Shown: in pieces, positions 34,411 to 47,886 of the stretch
Position numbering within the stretch: the first letter of the stretch is position 1
Layout of the letters: every line of letters starts with the position of its first letter
Assembly: GCF_036321535.1 (NCBI RefSeq)
Contig: NC_087437.1
Location: 18,168,001 to 18,232,000 of the forward strand
Length of the DNA stretch: 64,000 bases
Direction: 5' to 3'
Source: Camelus dromedarius
Lineage: Eukaryota
Made by a program: the position numbers and the translations under genes
Notes under the pieces: model-generated
The model's input: the letters and a program-made list of their open reading frames with translations, nothing else
Databases searched by the model: none
What the model was told of the DNA's origin: nothing

Positions 34411-36899
34411 TTTGAACAACTTCAGCTGTTTTTTCCAAAGTTTCGGGAAGTGGAGGTGGGAGTCTCAGTACCTCAAAGCTGAGGGCATCTTCCGAGAGTG
34501 TTTCTGTTTGCAGGATCTGTATCTTCTCGGCAGCAGCCTGGCTGCCTGGAGGCCAACTAGGTCTGCTCCAGGCCAATTAGTAGTTCCTGCAAGTTAGGAA
34601 ACTTAAATAAAAAGGGATTCCCAGAGTTTCCAGGCACCCGAAAACCAATTTTAGCCTGTCCGACCCTGAGTGCGCCAGCCTGAAGTATCTGTCATCAGTC
34701 AGCGCAAGAGCTAGGAAAACAAGATAGCCGGTGCCCGTCCTCATGAGGATGTCAAAGGCCAGCTTGAACAGCTCATTTAGCCGTGCTCAGTGAGGCTGCA
34801 TCAGACTACAGAAACAACATGAGCTACAGAATCAGAGCATCCCACCTCATTTCCAGGCCCCATCACTTGGCCCAGCTGTGTTAGCTTGAGCAAAGCCCTT
34901 AACCTTTTTGAAGCTCAGTTTCCTTATCTTTAGAATGGGGATAATATGGCTAAGGGACTGAAACAAATAAAAGATCTATTTAAACAACAAACACTCAACT
35001 TGAACAATTTTAAGACAAACAGGGACTTGACTTGTGTAAGTAGGATATGAGGCCAAGGTTGGATCCTTGGATCAAGGGATATGATCAAGACTGCCGTTTT
35101 CTGCCCACATCTTAGTTCTGCTTTCCTTGCAATTGGTGTGCTTCTCAGGCAGGTGGTCCCCACAGGATAGCAGTGATGGCTACTCATATTTCCAGGAACA
35201 GGCCATCTTTCAGCTAGGCAAACTTGCTAAAAAGAAGGTCTCTCTTTCCTGCTATCTGTAGGAGAAAAAAAAAATCCTGATAAAACTCATTGGACTATTG
35301 AAGTCATGTATCCATCCCTAAACTTCTTCCTATAGCCAGAGCAATGGTATTTCGCTTGGCCAGGCCTAAGTCCAGCAGTCAAAACATGGGGATTTGCCGT
35401 AAATCACAAAGACTGTAAGCTAAGGACCCAGAGTCCTTAGCAATCAGGCAGACTCAACACTTTGCCTAATTTTTATACATTTGGCTGAATTCCAAGAAAA
35501 GCCTCAGAGGCACCACCTCTGAACTTCACTGACCATTTACCCAATGGCACAGCATTTACAGTACAGAGAGGGACAACCTGAGAGACTACTTTCGTTCTCA
35601 CAGGAGACTGATAATTACAACCTAAAAATGGCTGAAACAAAACAAAACCCTTCACATTCCATTTTACACAAGTGGGATTACCAAACAGGAGACCAGAAAA
35701 CTGTCCTCAGCTATATAATTTTGAGCTATTCAAACTTAGATTTCCTAAAATTAGGGATATTTTGAAGGCTCTGTGCAAAGACAGACATGGGGGAATCAAG
35801 TCATAATGTACATGCTCAAAATATGACTCACCACTCTTCTCCATAACAATCCCTCGGGAATCCCAAGGAGCTGGTCGGTGTTTTGCCGTCATCCACCCCA
35901 AGGTCCAAAAGAAAGGGGGTTAATCAGTGTTTCCATGGGATGCCCAATTATTTTACTCTTTGCTTGGGTGATAGTCAGCCCCATCCTGCCTCCACAGACA
36001 TTACACAGGGTGAGCAACGGCAAGGATCACAATTTTTGCCAAAGTTCCTGGCCTCTCAGAGTTGGAGCATTTCACTAGAGAGAGCCCTGGAGTTAGAATC
36101 CTGCCTTTGAGGAAACCAGAGCGTCTGGTCCCAACTCCGCAGCCAACCAGTTGTGGGACCTTGAAGGATCAATTACAGTGATTCACCAACATATTGTCGT
36201 TATTTTGCTTCTTTACCGAATCCTTGTCATCATGAGTACTGCGTTCAGTGCCTTACAATGCTTTATCTCTAATCCTCCAACAACCCTGATCTCCCCCCTA
36301 CTAACCTCCATCCTGTGCTCAGTCTGAGTGGCCGGAAGCTCCCAGACACTTGTCAAGGACCACACTTGCGTAAACGCACACTCACAGACACTCACACTCA
36401 CTCAGCCGTATTTCTGGATCCTCAACAGCGACCAACCTCTTTGATTTTTCAATTCTCAGGCTTCTGCTGATGCCTCAGAACTTTGAACAATTCCATTTGT
36501 CCATCTGAAGCCAGGCTGACTTATCATTCATCCGATCCACATGTCGTACAGACGAAAGGGATTATCTTCTTCAGAACAGCCTAAAGCAACATGAAGTGAG
36601 CAGAAGAGGGATTAGGAGTGGAGAGTAAACAGCGGTTCCTTTTGGTTTAATATTAAGTGCAGGATACTATATTGTGGAGAAAAAAGTCACTAAAATTCTT
36701 TAAAAGTATTTAATTCCTATCTTGGAGCAAAAATATTTAATTTAGATACAAAAAAAGGAGGGTCTAACAGTGGTGGGTTTTAATAGGCATACCACCCCAA
36801 TACTCAATGCTAAAGGCAGCTACTACCTAACGACCAAGTAAGATGAAATCTCTTAGCCACCCCTACGATAGAGGGCTGCTAAAAGGAATCAGATTTCTA

Positions 36900-37034
36900 G
36901 GGGGAGGGTGTAACTCAAGTAATGGAGTGCATGCTTAGCATGCACGAGGTCCCAGGTTCAATTCCCAGTACCTCCTCTAAAAATAAATAAATAAACCTAA
37001 TTATCTCCTCCACCCCCCGAAAAAAATTTTTTTT
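36900..37034 (+). mobile_element. tRNA-derived SINE (Vic-1-like)
   Basis: ggggagggtgtaactcaagt...gcatgcttagcatgcacgaggtcccaggttcaattcccagtacctcc...aaacctaattatctcc. Imperfect TSD aatcagatttct / aatcagagatttct. Confidence 0.88.
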
Positions 37035-38624
37035 AAGAAATCAGAGATTTCTTCCTTGGAGAACCTTTCAGGGAAAGTTGGGTCCTACTTGGAGATGAGG
37101 AACATACAAATCCCTTCTATAGAGAACATCATACTTTGTCTTATTTTTTAACTTAGGTTTGGGGGGGAAATGTAAAAATAATGTAATAGCTAACATGAAA
37201 GAAGGCTAAAAATATTTGTCCTTTAATCCAGCAATTCTCTTTTTATCATTTCCCCTAAGGAAATAATCATAAATATTTCTGCCCAAAGATATGTATCAAT
37301 AGTTTAGAATAGTGAAACTGGATCCACCTGAAATCCAACTAAATAAATAATAGTTTATATGTGTAAACTAATAGACACCCATTAAATTAAGATTTTTTGA
37401 GATACTAATTCTTTTAAATAGTGCATTGAACAATGCCCTGGAAAGAAATATATTCCAAATATTTTAAAGTGGTTGCTTTTAAAGTGATATGATTCTTTTT
37501 CTTTATTTATACTTTTTAGTACTTTTCAAATTTTCTTCTATGAGAATGTCTTCCATTTTATATCCAGAGGATAAAAACAAAACTAAGAACTTACAGAGAA
37601 TCAGAAACTTGAAAATAGTAATGAATAATATTATGGTAAATAATAAATAATATTATGGTAAATTTTATGTTATGAGTTTTTTTACCTCAATTTAAAAATG
37701 ATAATAACATCCCAGCAGGAAATCCACAAGGGCAGGTGCAGCCGGTTACCTGGAGATCTGACCATCTCAGGCAGGTTGGCAGAAGGGGGCTGATAAGTCC
37801 TGGCTACGAGTAGAGCTCTCTGTTTATTCTGAACCAATAAAATAAAATGCTCACAGGCCCAGAAACTGACCTCTATGGTGCTGTTTAGTTTTTCTCCCCC
37901 TTTGGAGAGACTCTGGCATTTATTTCTCTATTTCAGCCCCTCTACTCATCCTTGAAGATGGGAGAGCAGAAACCCACACTCACAAAGTGGACAAGGACCA
38001 GCAGAGAGTCAGGGGAGCCAGAACAAATGTTGGAGTCCACACCCAGGTTTAACCTCTTACTTTCCCCTCAAGGCCACACATTCCCACTTCACTGGCCTCC
38101 CCAGTTTCCAACTCCTTTTTCTGGACAGAAGGGCCAACCCAAAAGAGCCAGAAGAGCTTGCTGTGGGGTCAGGTGACCTCATGTAGGCAGGTGGCCTGGA
38201 CCTCCACTCCCCTGTGTAGAGCAGACTCTCAGCTCCCAAACCTTCAGTTCCTGGAACACATCAGACCTGCATCCAGTAAAGAAGGGGCTGGTGAAAGCCA
38301 TGTGTCTTGTATGTGAAGAGGAAGACTGAGGGGCCTTAATGAGTTCCTCAATGTTTCTAAAGGATAATCTGGATCTCAGTTGGTGTGGTACCCTTAGACT
38401 CCACTCAGAGATGTTAGGAAGCAAGCAAGATTTAGTAGCTTTTTTTCTAATTAGGAAAAGCAACGTTTTAGAAACCTAGACTTACATTAAAATGAAGAAA
38501 ACAAAATAAACTCCCCTCTCCTGAACAAACGTTAGAGATTAAGGAAAAGCATCGATGGCAGAAATGAATGATGGTGAAAGATCACTCTGAGGCTTAAAAA
38601 ACACAGAAAATTACTAATATTAGT

Positions 38625-38980
38625 ATTGCTATCATTATCATCTATTGAGATCTAGTAGATCAGTTTCAGGCCTTTCTTGTTCACTAGTTCCAATCCTCAA
38701 AATAACCCATGGAACAGGTATTATCATCCTCATTTCACAGATGAAGAAAATAAGGCTCAGAGAGTCAAATGTCTTGCCTAAGTAAGGTGATCAACTGTCC
38801 TGGTTTGTCCAAGACTGTCCCGGGTTTAGCACTGAAAGTCTTGCCTTCCAGGAAAACCCTCAGCCCTCAGCAAACTAGGACATCTGGTCACCCTATGTCA
38901 AAACCACATAGCTAATAGAAAAGCATGAATTCCAGTCAAGGCTTATCTGGCTCCATACCTCACTCTCTTTCCACTATGCC
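38625..38980 (+). mobile_element. MIR interrupted by a MER81-like hAT element (38783-38894)
   Basis: MIR core (attatcatcctcatttcacagatgaagaaaataaggctcagagag) split by taaggtgatcaactgtcctggtttg...catctggtcacccta, which has inverted termini. Confidence 0.7.
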
Positions 38981-38998
38981 AGAGTGAATCCCACTAAA

Positions 38999-39065
38999 AT
39001 ACATACATACATACATACATACATACATAGAAAGGGGGGAAGGAAGGAAGGAAGGAAAGAAGGAA
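38999..39065 (+). repeat. (ATAC)n followed by (GGAA)n microsatellite
   Basis: Visible directly in the sequence. Confidence 0.9.
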
Positions 39066-40496
39066 ATCTACTTTAAAGGAAAAAGTATTTGTCTACGAAA
39101 CCAAAAAACATAATACCTAAAACAAAACATACTGTAAAATTTCAATCTTTAATTCTCAAGTTTAAAAAAATGTCAAACAAGAGGAAATCTATTGTAAATG
39201 GTGGACAGACAGATGGATGGGGTGGGGGCGGACATCAGGCTAGCTGGTCCCTCCGAGCTGACGCGTTCAGCCTCTGCAAAACTCTCAGTGAGCTGAGTGG
39301 CATGGATATACATGTCAGGGCTTCCTGGCTAAAGAGGGCTGGGGTGTAAAGCCACCCAGAGGGTCAGGGAAAGGTCCAGGGCCCCCAAGATGCACTGTCC
39401 GCAGGTGAAATCTCTGACCCCTCCAGTGGTAGCAGCCAAACGCCACCCAAAGATCACAGAGATCGGGTGTGAGCTGAGGCTCATTTCATCTCAGCACTAA
39501 TCTTAGGTTCGGACTCCCCAGCACTCTGGGATGTGAGTCAGTTTCCCCCACCATCAGGAGTTTTTTCCATTCCTTTTTTGTCTCAAGTGGAGCTGGATGT
39601 GACCTGCTCACTCTGCTCTCATTTTTGTGACCAGTCCAGGCTTTTGCTGTTATCAAAGCTGCCGCCCTTAGCCCTTGTTGACAATAAAAGGCTTATTTAT
39701 CTTGTTCAACAAGCCAACTTGAATTTCCCCAAAGAACTTTTTGAAAGGTAAAATATCAAACATATTAATCATCTAGGACGTTGCCACCCATACTCATTGC
39801 CCAGAGGAGGACAGTTGCCATGGCAATGGCTCTGGTAAAGAGGATGGAGTCTGGCTGAAGGGTGAATAAAATACCATAATGGGACAAAGACTGCCCAGCC
39901 AGCCAACTCCTTATGATACTGGGAGTGTTTGCCCAAGTCTTAGGAGTTAAGTCATAATTAGGAGAGCATGAGAAAAAGAAAAATGTCCAGCAAACATTTT
40001 GAAGGGTGAGGGTGGGAAGGTCGAATGCAGATAGAGATGATGTGAAAACCAGTGGTGGGTATGTGACTGTGTCTTCTCCTGAGGGCTGGCAGACCCCTCC
40101 CACCAGTAGCCCTTGTGCAGAGACCAGTCCAATCCATCTGCAAATGGGCACAGCCAATGGGACAGAAAGAAGCCAGTGAAGGGTTCACTGGAAAGGTGGT
40201 GTCAGAATGACCCTCACAGCCTCTTTGGCAACATACTCCAAGTTGCTACCTGGTTCATTCTTTGTGACCAAGTGGTCCCATTCCTGGAAATCTGCCAAAA
40301 AGAAAGCATCCTGACTCTAATTTAAAAAAAAAAAAAAGCTGTGTTTCTGTGGCTAAGGGAGCCATCACCTGAAGGATGGCATGCAGAAAATGTGAAAAGA
40401 AACTTGGTACTGTTATCATGCCAGGTACATGTCTTCCCACGTGCAAGAAATGCCAACCAAAGTGGTGAGAGAAAGTCAAACAAAAATAAAGCTCTG

Positions 40497-40793
40497 TACA
40501 AAACAGAAACAGACTCACAGATGTAGAAAACTTATGGTTACCAAAGGGGAAAGGTAGAGGGAGGGATAAATTAGGAGTTTGGGATTAGCAGATACAAACT
40601 ACTATATATAAAATAGGAAAACAATAAGGTCTTACTGGATAGCACAGGAACTGTATTCAATAGCTTTTAATAACCTATGAAGAAAAAGAATACAAAAAAG
40701 AATACATATATAACTGAATCACTATGCTATACAGCAGAAACTAACACAACATTGTAAACCAACTAGACTTCAATAAAATAAATAAATAATAAA
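40497..40793 (+). mobile_element. 5'-truncated L1 3' end (artiodactyl type)
   Basis: tacaaaacagaaacagactcacagatgtagaaaac...aacattgtaaaccaactagacttcaataaaataaataaataat. Imperfect TSD aataaagctctg / aataaaactttg. Confidence 0.85.
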
Positions 40794-41822
40794 ACTTTGA
40801 CTTCTAAAAAAGCAAAATTCAATCCACATGGAGAGAATAAATCCTCCACTTGCAGGAGCAGTGAAAGTTCTGTGCACCAACCAGGTTTTCATTACTACCA
40901 GGGCTGTGCCTAGAAAAACAGCATCTATGCAACGTGAGGAAAAAGGGGTTTAGATACCAAAAGCCACCAGCAAACATCTGTCTGGATATATTGATGAAGT
41001 TGCTGGCTTTCTATATGATTTTATTTTCTGCTTGGACTTTTCAAAGGATAACATAGATGTTCAAGTTAGAAAATAACATGTCTTAAGACAAATAATTAAA
41101 GCAGAGAAGCTGATAAATATTCATTCTTTTGCTCTTAAGAAGTTCTGAACAGCAGCAATGTAACTAGTCTTCTGCCTTAAATCATTACTTTCCTTATAAG
41201 CATTGTATTGAATGGCAATAAATTAAGTGGCAAATTTAATAGAAAAAATTTCCTGGTTTATATGCATATTTGATTTAACATTTTCATATAATTCTTATTA
41301 TATGAATAATTCTTTTATCCTCTCCCTCTATTTTATTTATAGATATTGCAGCTGTGAGCAGATTATTAGCATTTTTGCTAAAATTCTCCCCTTATTCCCT
41401 TGTTGGTCTCATAGTTCTTCAAATCAGCAGTCCCTTAATTAATTGTAGTTCCACAGACTACTTAAATATCTGAGACCATTATTGCTAAATGGTTCCTTTG
41501 TAATCAGCCCTTCGTAATCAGTCCAGACCCAAATCAAACACAAGTTTTATTTATGATTTTTTAATTTGTTCTTGAAGCCAAAATATCAATACCTTTCATA
41601 TGAGATCAAGAACAGGAGGAACCCTTCACATAGGCCCAAGTGAATACACTGGACCTCAGAAAAGCATCTATCACACATCTTACATTGAACTCAAACTGTC
41701 ATGAAAGCCAGGAGAACAGGGTTTACCATGAGGGTGTGTAACGTAAATGAATCATCACTCTTTGGGAAAGTTCTTTGAAACAGAAACCAAACTTTTTTTA
41801 CTTCCTTCTCTCACCCACCAAA

Positions 41823-41843
41823 GTAGATGATTAGATAGATAAC

Positions 41844-41902
<59 letters not shown>
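41823..41902 (+). repeat. (GATA)n tetranucleotide microsatellite
   Basis: Long uninterrupted tagatagata run from about 41846 to 41902. Confidence 0.95.
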
Positions 41903-41903
<1 letters not shown>

Positions 41904-41904
<1 letters not shown>

Positions 41905-42511
41905 GTTAGTGGATGGAGGGACCCCTAAATTAGGAGGCCCACCAAAGTGTGGGTTCTTGCTGCCGACTGAAAGAATTCACACAGCAGAGGCAGAGGGACT
42001 AAGTGAACAGCTGCTTTATTGCTCAGAAGGGGAAAAGGAAGGAAAGTTCTCGAGCAGAGAGAAGAGAAAAAAAAGCACTCAAGCAAGGAAGAGGTGCTCA
42101 AGTGGGAAGCCATCAGCCAAGTTGGGCAGTAGGGACAGCTCGCCCAGGTCAGGCCATGTGGACTTTTATGAGATGCTTCCACCATCATGTCCTTGTTCTG
42201 GTTGTGACGGAGACCATCAGGCCTTGTGTGAGTTTTTCAGTCCTTGTATGGGCTTTTCTGGTTGTTGTCATGGCAACCGTCTACTGTCATGGCGCTGGTG
42301 GGTGTGTTACTTAGCATGCTAATATATTACGATAAGCATATGATGAGATGCAAGGTCCACTGGAAGTCAAATCCTCCACCATCTTGGACTGGATTCTAAA
42401 CATTTCTTGTTTCTTCTCTGCTGCTGCCTCCTGATACTTAGACAAGAGTAATTGGTTTCTATTTGAGGGAGGGGCAGGGGTATGACCCTGGGAACAACAG
42501 CCTTGGTAACA
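41904..42511 (-). mobile_element. Probable ERV solo LTR
   Basis: Termini TGTTAG...GTAACA and minus-strand AATAAA at 42015-42020. No clean TSD was seen, and further LTR-like sequence continues to about 42800. Confidence 0.5.
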
Positions 42512-43249
42512 GAAAGAAAAGTTGCTTTTAACCAGAATACCTGCAACCTTGTGGACTCAGCAAAGCCGTCGCCAAAGATTCTGTTCAGACATGAAAGTTT
42601 TAAAAGGAAATGAACGAACAATCTCAGTTAATCGTTGAGATAGGTGGTGAGAGTCATCGCCATTCCCCAGTGCCTACAGGCTTGTCCTAATCAACTGCTT
42701 AAGCCTGCTCTCCTATGACTCAGGGAGGCCTGGGAGACTTCAGCTTTCCAGTAAACAAGAGGCAAGGGGGTTTGGGGGTAAGAAGGCTGTACAAAACTGA
42801 ACCAAAAGAAAAATTTTTTTTTACTCTTTAGCCAAACTGGAGCAGGTCACCTGCAAGTGCTGGAAATGAAGAAAGAACTCAAAGTCAGATTGATGAGTGA
42901 GAGTTGATGCCAAATGGCCCACAGGGGGGTTTCCACAAGATACGCATCATGTAGTTTGTATTTTAACCTCCTCTGGGAAGTCTCAGACCCCACACATTTG
43001 ATATTTGAAATGAGCTCACTGCATAAAGGGGAATAGAAATAATGCCCTCATTGGCCCACAAACACTGACCAGAAATGTGCCACTAGTCATGGACCAAAGA
43101 CAGAAAAGGAATCACCTGTGAGAAAACTGAACCCACATTCCATGTTGTATACAGGACTTCATGTATATAGGTCTTCCTCTCATGGTCTACAATCTGTGCT
43201 TCTCCACATGTTTTTTGACTTCAGGTTTTTGCCTGGCACAAAAATTATT

Positions 43250-44500
43250 ACCAAAGTGGTCTGAAGGAGCTTCCAGTATGGCTTAGAAACCTCCTACCGG
43301 ACTGATCCTCCTGCAGATAACAAATATAAACTCTGTAGAAAATAGAAAAAGCAACCACCTGAATCCACTAAAGAGTGCACAAAGACGGGCATATTCAGGG
43401 CAGGTGACACTTGGAAGAAAGGAAACTCATGCCAAGCGAGTTTTTGTGGCTTCTGGCCCAAGGAAAGGACAAAGTCAGGCAGCAAAGAGCAGCTCAAACT
43501 TTGTTAGAAAACCAATAGTTTTTGTGGCCTGAAGAATCGAAGCAGAGTTCAAAGTAACTCTAGCTACCAAAAAGGGAGGGAGGAATTCTGGAAGGAAGAC
43601 ACTCAGAGGGATAAGGTCTAAGACAAACTTTCCTCTAAATCTCTGACTAAACTCTGAACTATACAACAACAATGCTGACTGGAAACAGCTGGCTTAAGTT
43701 AAAAAAAAAAAAAAAGAATGGAGATTTGAAACGTCCCCCAAGAAGCAGAGTTTGCAATTTGAATACAAGCAAGTTAACTGTCAACTCAAACAAACAAACA
43801 GATCGATACTCTGGAAAAGTAAAACCCAGTGTCTCTAGAATGTAACATTTACAACATCCAAAATAGAATCCAAATTATTTTATATGCACATGACATGAAC
43901 CATTTTTAGTAGAAAAGGCAATCAATGGAGACTGACTTCAATATAACCTAGATGTTGGAATTAGACAAGAATTTTAAAGCGGCTATTGTAACTATGCTGA
44001 AATACATAGAAGAAAATATGCTCATAATGAATGAAAAGATACAAAACATCAGCAGAAAGAGAAACTTTTTTTTTTCAAACGAAATTCTAGAACTGAAAAA
44101 TACCTGAAATAAAAAATGAACTTACAAGCAAAATGGAGATGACAGGAAATCATCCGTTAACTTGAAGACAGATTCGTAGAAATTATCCAAGAACAGAAAG
44201 AAAAAACATCAGGGGCTTGTAAGACAATATCAAAAAGAAACAGTGGAGGCCAGAAGACAGTGGTTTGATATAATTGAGGTGCTGGAAGAAAAACCTGTCA
44301 GCCTAAAATGCTATATTCAGCTTGAATATCTTTTAAGAGCGAAGGGAAAATACAGTTTTCTGATAAAAGGAAATCACGAGAATGCAGTGCCAGCAGATCT
44401 ACTATACAAAAAAATGTTAGAGGAAGTTCTTCAGACTGAAAGGAAATGATACCAGATGCAAACTAGGATCTTCAGGAAGAAATGAAGAGCATCAGATACA
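43250..44500 (+). mobile_element. Old L1 5' UTR and ORF1 remnant
   Basis: The ORF at 44243 (EARRQWFDIIEVLEEKPVSLKCYIQ) resembles the L1 ORF1 C-terminal motif EARRQWxDIFKVLKE; flanked by degenerate L1 ORF1 blocks. Confidence 0.65.
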
Positions 44501-45452
44501 GACCTCATTAAACAGGACGTTATGGATCACTAGGTATAATGCATGGCTCAAAGCCTGAGAATTTGAGACAGTCAGTGTACTGCATCCAGCCTTCCAGCAT
44601 CACAGCATTCCTGGGCAGCCGTCAGGGTTCCCACACTCCCCTACATAACTGGGAGTAGCAACAGTCACATTAAGAGGGACATATCTGCTTATGTACAAAG
44701 ATGAAACACAAAAGCATTGAGTAAGTAATAGGCAAATCTTGGCAGCCCTTAAACCCAACACTAAACCAGGAAATTCTTAACTTTGAAAACTTAATTGAAA
44801 GAATATTTCTGAAGATGTTTCTGAAGATGTTACTTTACATACATCTGATATAGAGGTGGACGCTTCCAGGATGAGAATTTCTTCACTATCTCCATAACTC
44901 TAAGGTACCTCTTCACAGGTCTTTAGGTAAAAAACAAAGGCAAACAAAGAACTAATCAATGGCCATTACCGGATGTCTTGTCTCCTATTAGGAGACAGTG
45001 TTAGCTTTAAAAAATTTTTATTTTCAATCTATACTCCTCACCAAACTATTGGTTTAGACATCTCTTCTTATGTTTTGATCTCCCCCTTTTTGTGTGTTAA
45101 TATTTGAATATTTTGTGCAATACACGAGCTTCTTTGTTTTGTGTTTACGGATTAAAGGTGTATCAGTAAGAACAAAGTCAATTTCATAGTCTTTGATTCT
45201 CAACCAGGATGTGCTAAGGAATGGGAGACCTCTAGACTCCTAGAATAATAATAGAAGAAAAAAAAAGTAACTTTATGCCTAGCACAGAGTTGATTGACTG
45301 AAAATGTCTGATAAAATAACTTCTTCACACTAGGGTGATGGTGGGAGAATTGTGTATATATACGAAGTTTTAGGGAAATAAGATTTTAAAAGAAATGAAA
45401 CTAAATTCACTCTACTTTTAATCACCTAGGAACTGCTTTTAAAAAGGACTGC

Positions 45453-46212
45453 AAATGAAAATTCCAGCTGAGTTTTAAATTGTGACTGTCCTGAGTAGCG
45501 TGATGAAATCTCATGCCGTCCCACTCTTATCTCACTCTGTCCCATCCAGGAAGTAAATCATCCCTTTGTCCAGCATGTACTGCCCATTAGTCACTTAGTA
45601 GCCATCCTGGTTATCAGACTGACTGTCATGGTATCACAGTGCTTGTGTTCAGGTAGCCCTTATTTTACTTAATAATGGCCCCAGATGCTCTAGAGTAGTG
45701 ATGCAGGCAATTTGGATATGCCAAAGAGAAGCCATAAAGTGCTTCCACTAAGTGAAATGGTGAAAGTTCTTGACACAAGGAAAGAAAAAATATGCTGAGG
45801 TTGTTAAGACTTAACGGTTCAGACGACTCTTCTACCGTGAAGTTATGAAGAAGGAAAAAGAAATCCCTGCTAGTTTTGCTGTCGTAACTCAAACTGCAGA
45901 AATCACAGCCACAGTGCATAATAAACGCTCAGCTAAGATCAAAAAGGCATTAAATACATACAATAAAATATTTTGAGAGAGAGACCACATTCACATAACT
46001 TTTATTACAGTATATTATGCTATTGTTCTATTTTATTACTAGTTATTGTTTAACAGCAATCTCTTACTGTGCCTAATTTATAAATTAAACTTTATGATAG
46101 GTATGTAGGTACAGGAAAAATATAGTGTATGTAGGGTTAGGTGCTATCCGTGGGTACAGGCATCCACTGGGGGCCTTGGAATGTGTACCCCATGGATAAG
46201 GGGGAACTACCA
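45453..46212 (+). mobile_element. MER44/Tigger7-like DNA transposon
   Basis: ctgagtagcgtgatgaaatctc...cttattttacttaataatggcccc...gatatgccaaagagaagcc...ggcatccactgggggccttggaatgtgtaccccatggataagggggaactac matches the recalled MER44/Tigger7 blocks and right terminus. Confidence 0.8.
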
Positions 46213-47089
46213 CACTTCACTAAAATCTTACTGGCATCCTGAGAGGTTCTAGAAGCTTTGGTGCCATGACCTGGCCATGTCAGGAGACTAGACTGAAGCT
46301 TCCCTGGAGGGAAGAGGGGGGTCTTTGAACCTTGGGTACTAGACGGGCACAAAAGTCTCCCTGTTCAGAGCCAGGGACAACAAATGATTGGATCTGAAAT
46401 GTCAACTCAGACTGATTCCAAGTGACTGGTGAGAAGGACTCAAGCATGCCATGACCAGGGAGCAGTGTCTGTCATGGAACTGGCTGGGGACAGGCAGCAC
46501 ACCTGCCACACGCTCGCCCTCCTGAGACCCTGAGATTCCAAGACCTCAGCCAACCACTCCTGCCTCACAGGGAGGATGCACTCCCTCCAACACGTATTCA
46601 AACATTATGTATTCAGTCTTGTGTTTTATGTTTTATCCGCTCTTAAACAAGCATACACTAACAAAAGTGCACTGTTTCCAGCCAATTCATTGTTGGACAG
46701 CCCTCCAAGCCCAAGAGCCATTCTCGTCACAGTTTTTGTCCCTTGCCTCTGGGCTCTTGGCAATCCTCAACTCACTATTTCTTGAAAATCAACAGCACTC
46801 CACCTGGCAAATTTTACTTCAGAATTTTAGGATTATTGTTATTTTTAGGATTTTTCTTGTCTTCCTGCTTCATCCTAAAGATTTTAAGTGTGAGGAGCTC
46901 TGACATCCTTCAAAACTGCTTTTGATCTTTCAGGGAGCTTTTGGAGAGGGTCCAACTTCAAAACGTCCCTATGAAACAAGGTCATGGAGAATCCTTTGAA
47001 TTTACATCCTCAAATATTTCTTGAGTACCTACTTTGTACCAGGTGCCATGGCAGATGCAGAGATGAATAAAGAAGAAAGAGAAAGTATC

Positions 47090-47300
47090 ACTTGTTGAGA
47101 TGCTGTTGGACTCTGTATTGTGCCAACACCACGCCAGGACTTGCAAGTGCTTCAGCTCATTTCATTCCCACAGCAACCTCCCAAAGCATCATTATCACAA
47201 TTAGAGCTGAGGAAACTGAGGCTCAGAGAGGTTACATGACTCGCCCAGTCATTCTTCTAGTGACTAATGGATCTGGCAGTTGAATCATGTCTATCTGACA
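47090..47300 (+). mobile_element. MIR SINE, 5' part (continues at 47876-47886 and 49952-49990)
   Basis: cacagcaacc...gctgaggaaactgaggctcagagaggttacatgactcgccca...tgaatcatgtctatctgac. Confidence 0.7.
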
Positions 47301-47875
47301 TGTGGACAAAAAAATGTCACCTGCCATATCAGTAAACAAAGGATGTTGCAGCCCTCAAGCCATCAGCCCCTGACTGTGCACCCTAAGGGGATTCAGGATG
47401 GAGGAAAAACAGGACACTGGCCCTAGATAGTTAAGGTGAAGGTCAAAGGAATGATTTCAATGAGCCCAGACTCTTACATCTTCCCATACATATAAAAGTG
47501 CTAAAATCAACTTGGGGTCCCTGGTTTTCTGTAGTTAGCAGTAATCTTTTGATGTTCTACAACTTGGGTTTTTTGTTTGAACTCTTGTATGTCCTCACTC
47601 CTCCTTTATCTCTTTTTTTGAGGGGTGGAGGGAAGGCAGGTAATTGGGTTTATTTATTTATTTTTAAAATGGACGTGTTGGGGCTTGAACCCAAGACCTC
47701 ATGTATGCTAGGCATGCACTCTAACACTGAGCTATGCCTTCCCCCAACCCTTACCTCTCTGGAAAAGTCCTACAGAGCTATCTGAGAGCCTGTCTCCAGG
47801 ACTTAAGTCCTTAGTTAAGTCCTGAAATAAAACATAACTCTCAACTTTTATGTTATGCCTTTTTTTCAGTCAACA
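47301..47875 (+). mobile_element. ERV solo LTR containing a SINE insertion
   Basis: Termini TGTGGAC...GTCAACA, 4-bp TSD gaca/gact, AATAAA at 47826-47831; alignable to the LTR at about 51942-52395. Confidence 0.8.
47613..47745 (-). mobile_element. tRNA-derived SINE (Vic-1-like) inside the LTR
   Basis: Reverse complement head (ttgaacccaagacctcatgtatgctaggcatgcactctaacactgagctatgccttccccc) and ggtaattgggtttatttattt tail. Confidence 0.85.
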
Positions 47876-47886
47876 GACTCAAAGCC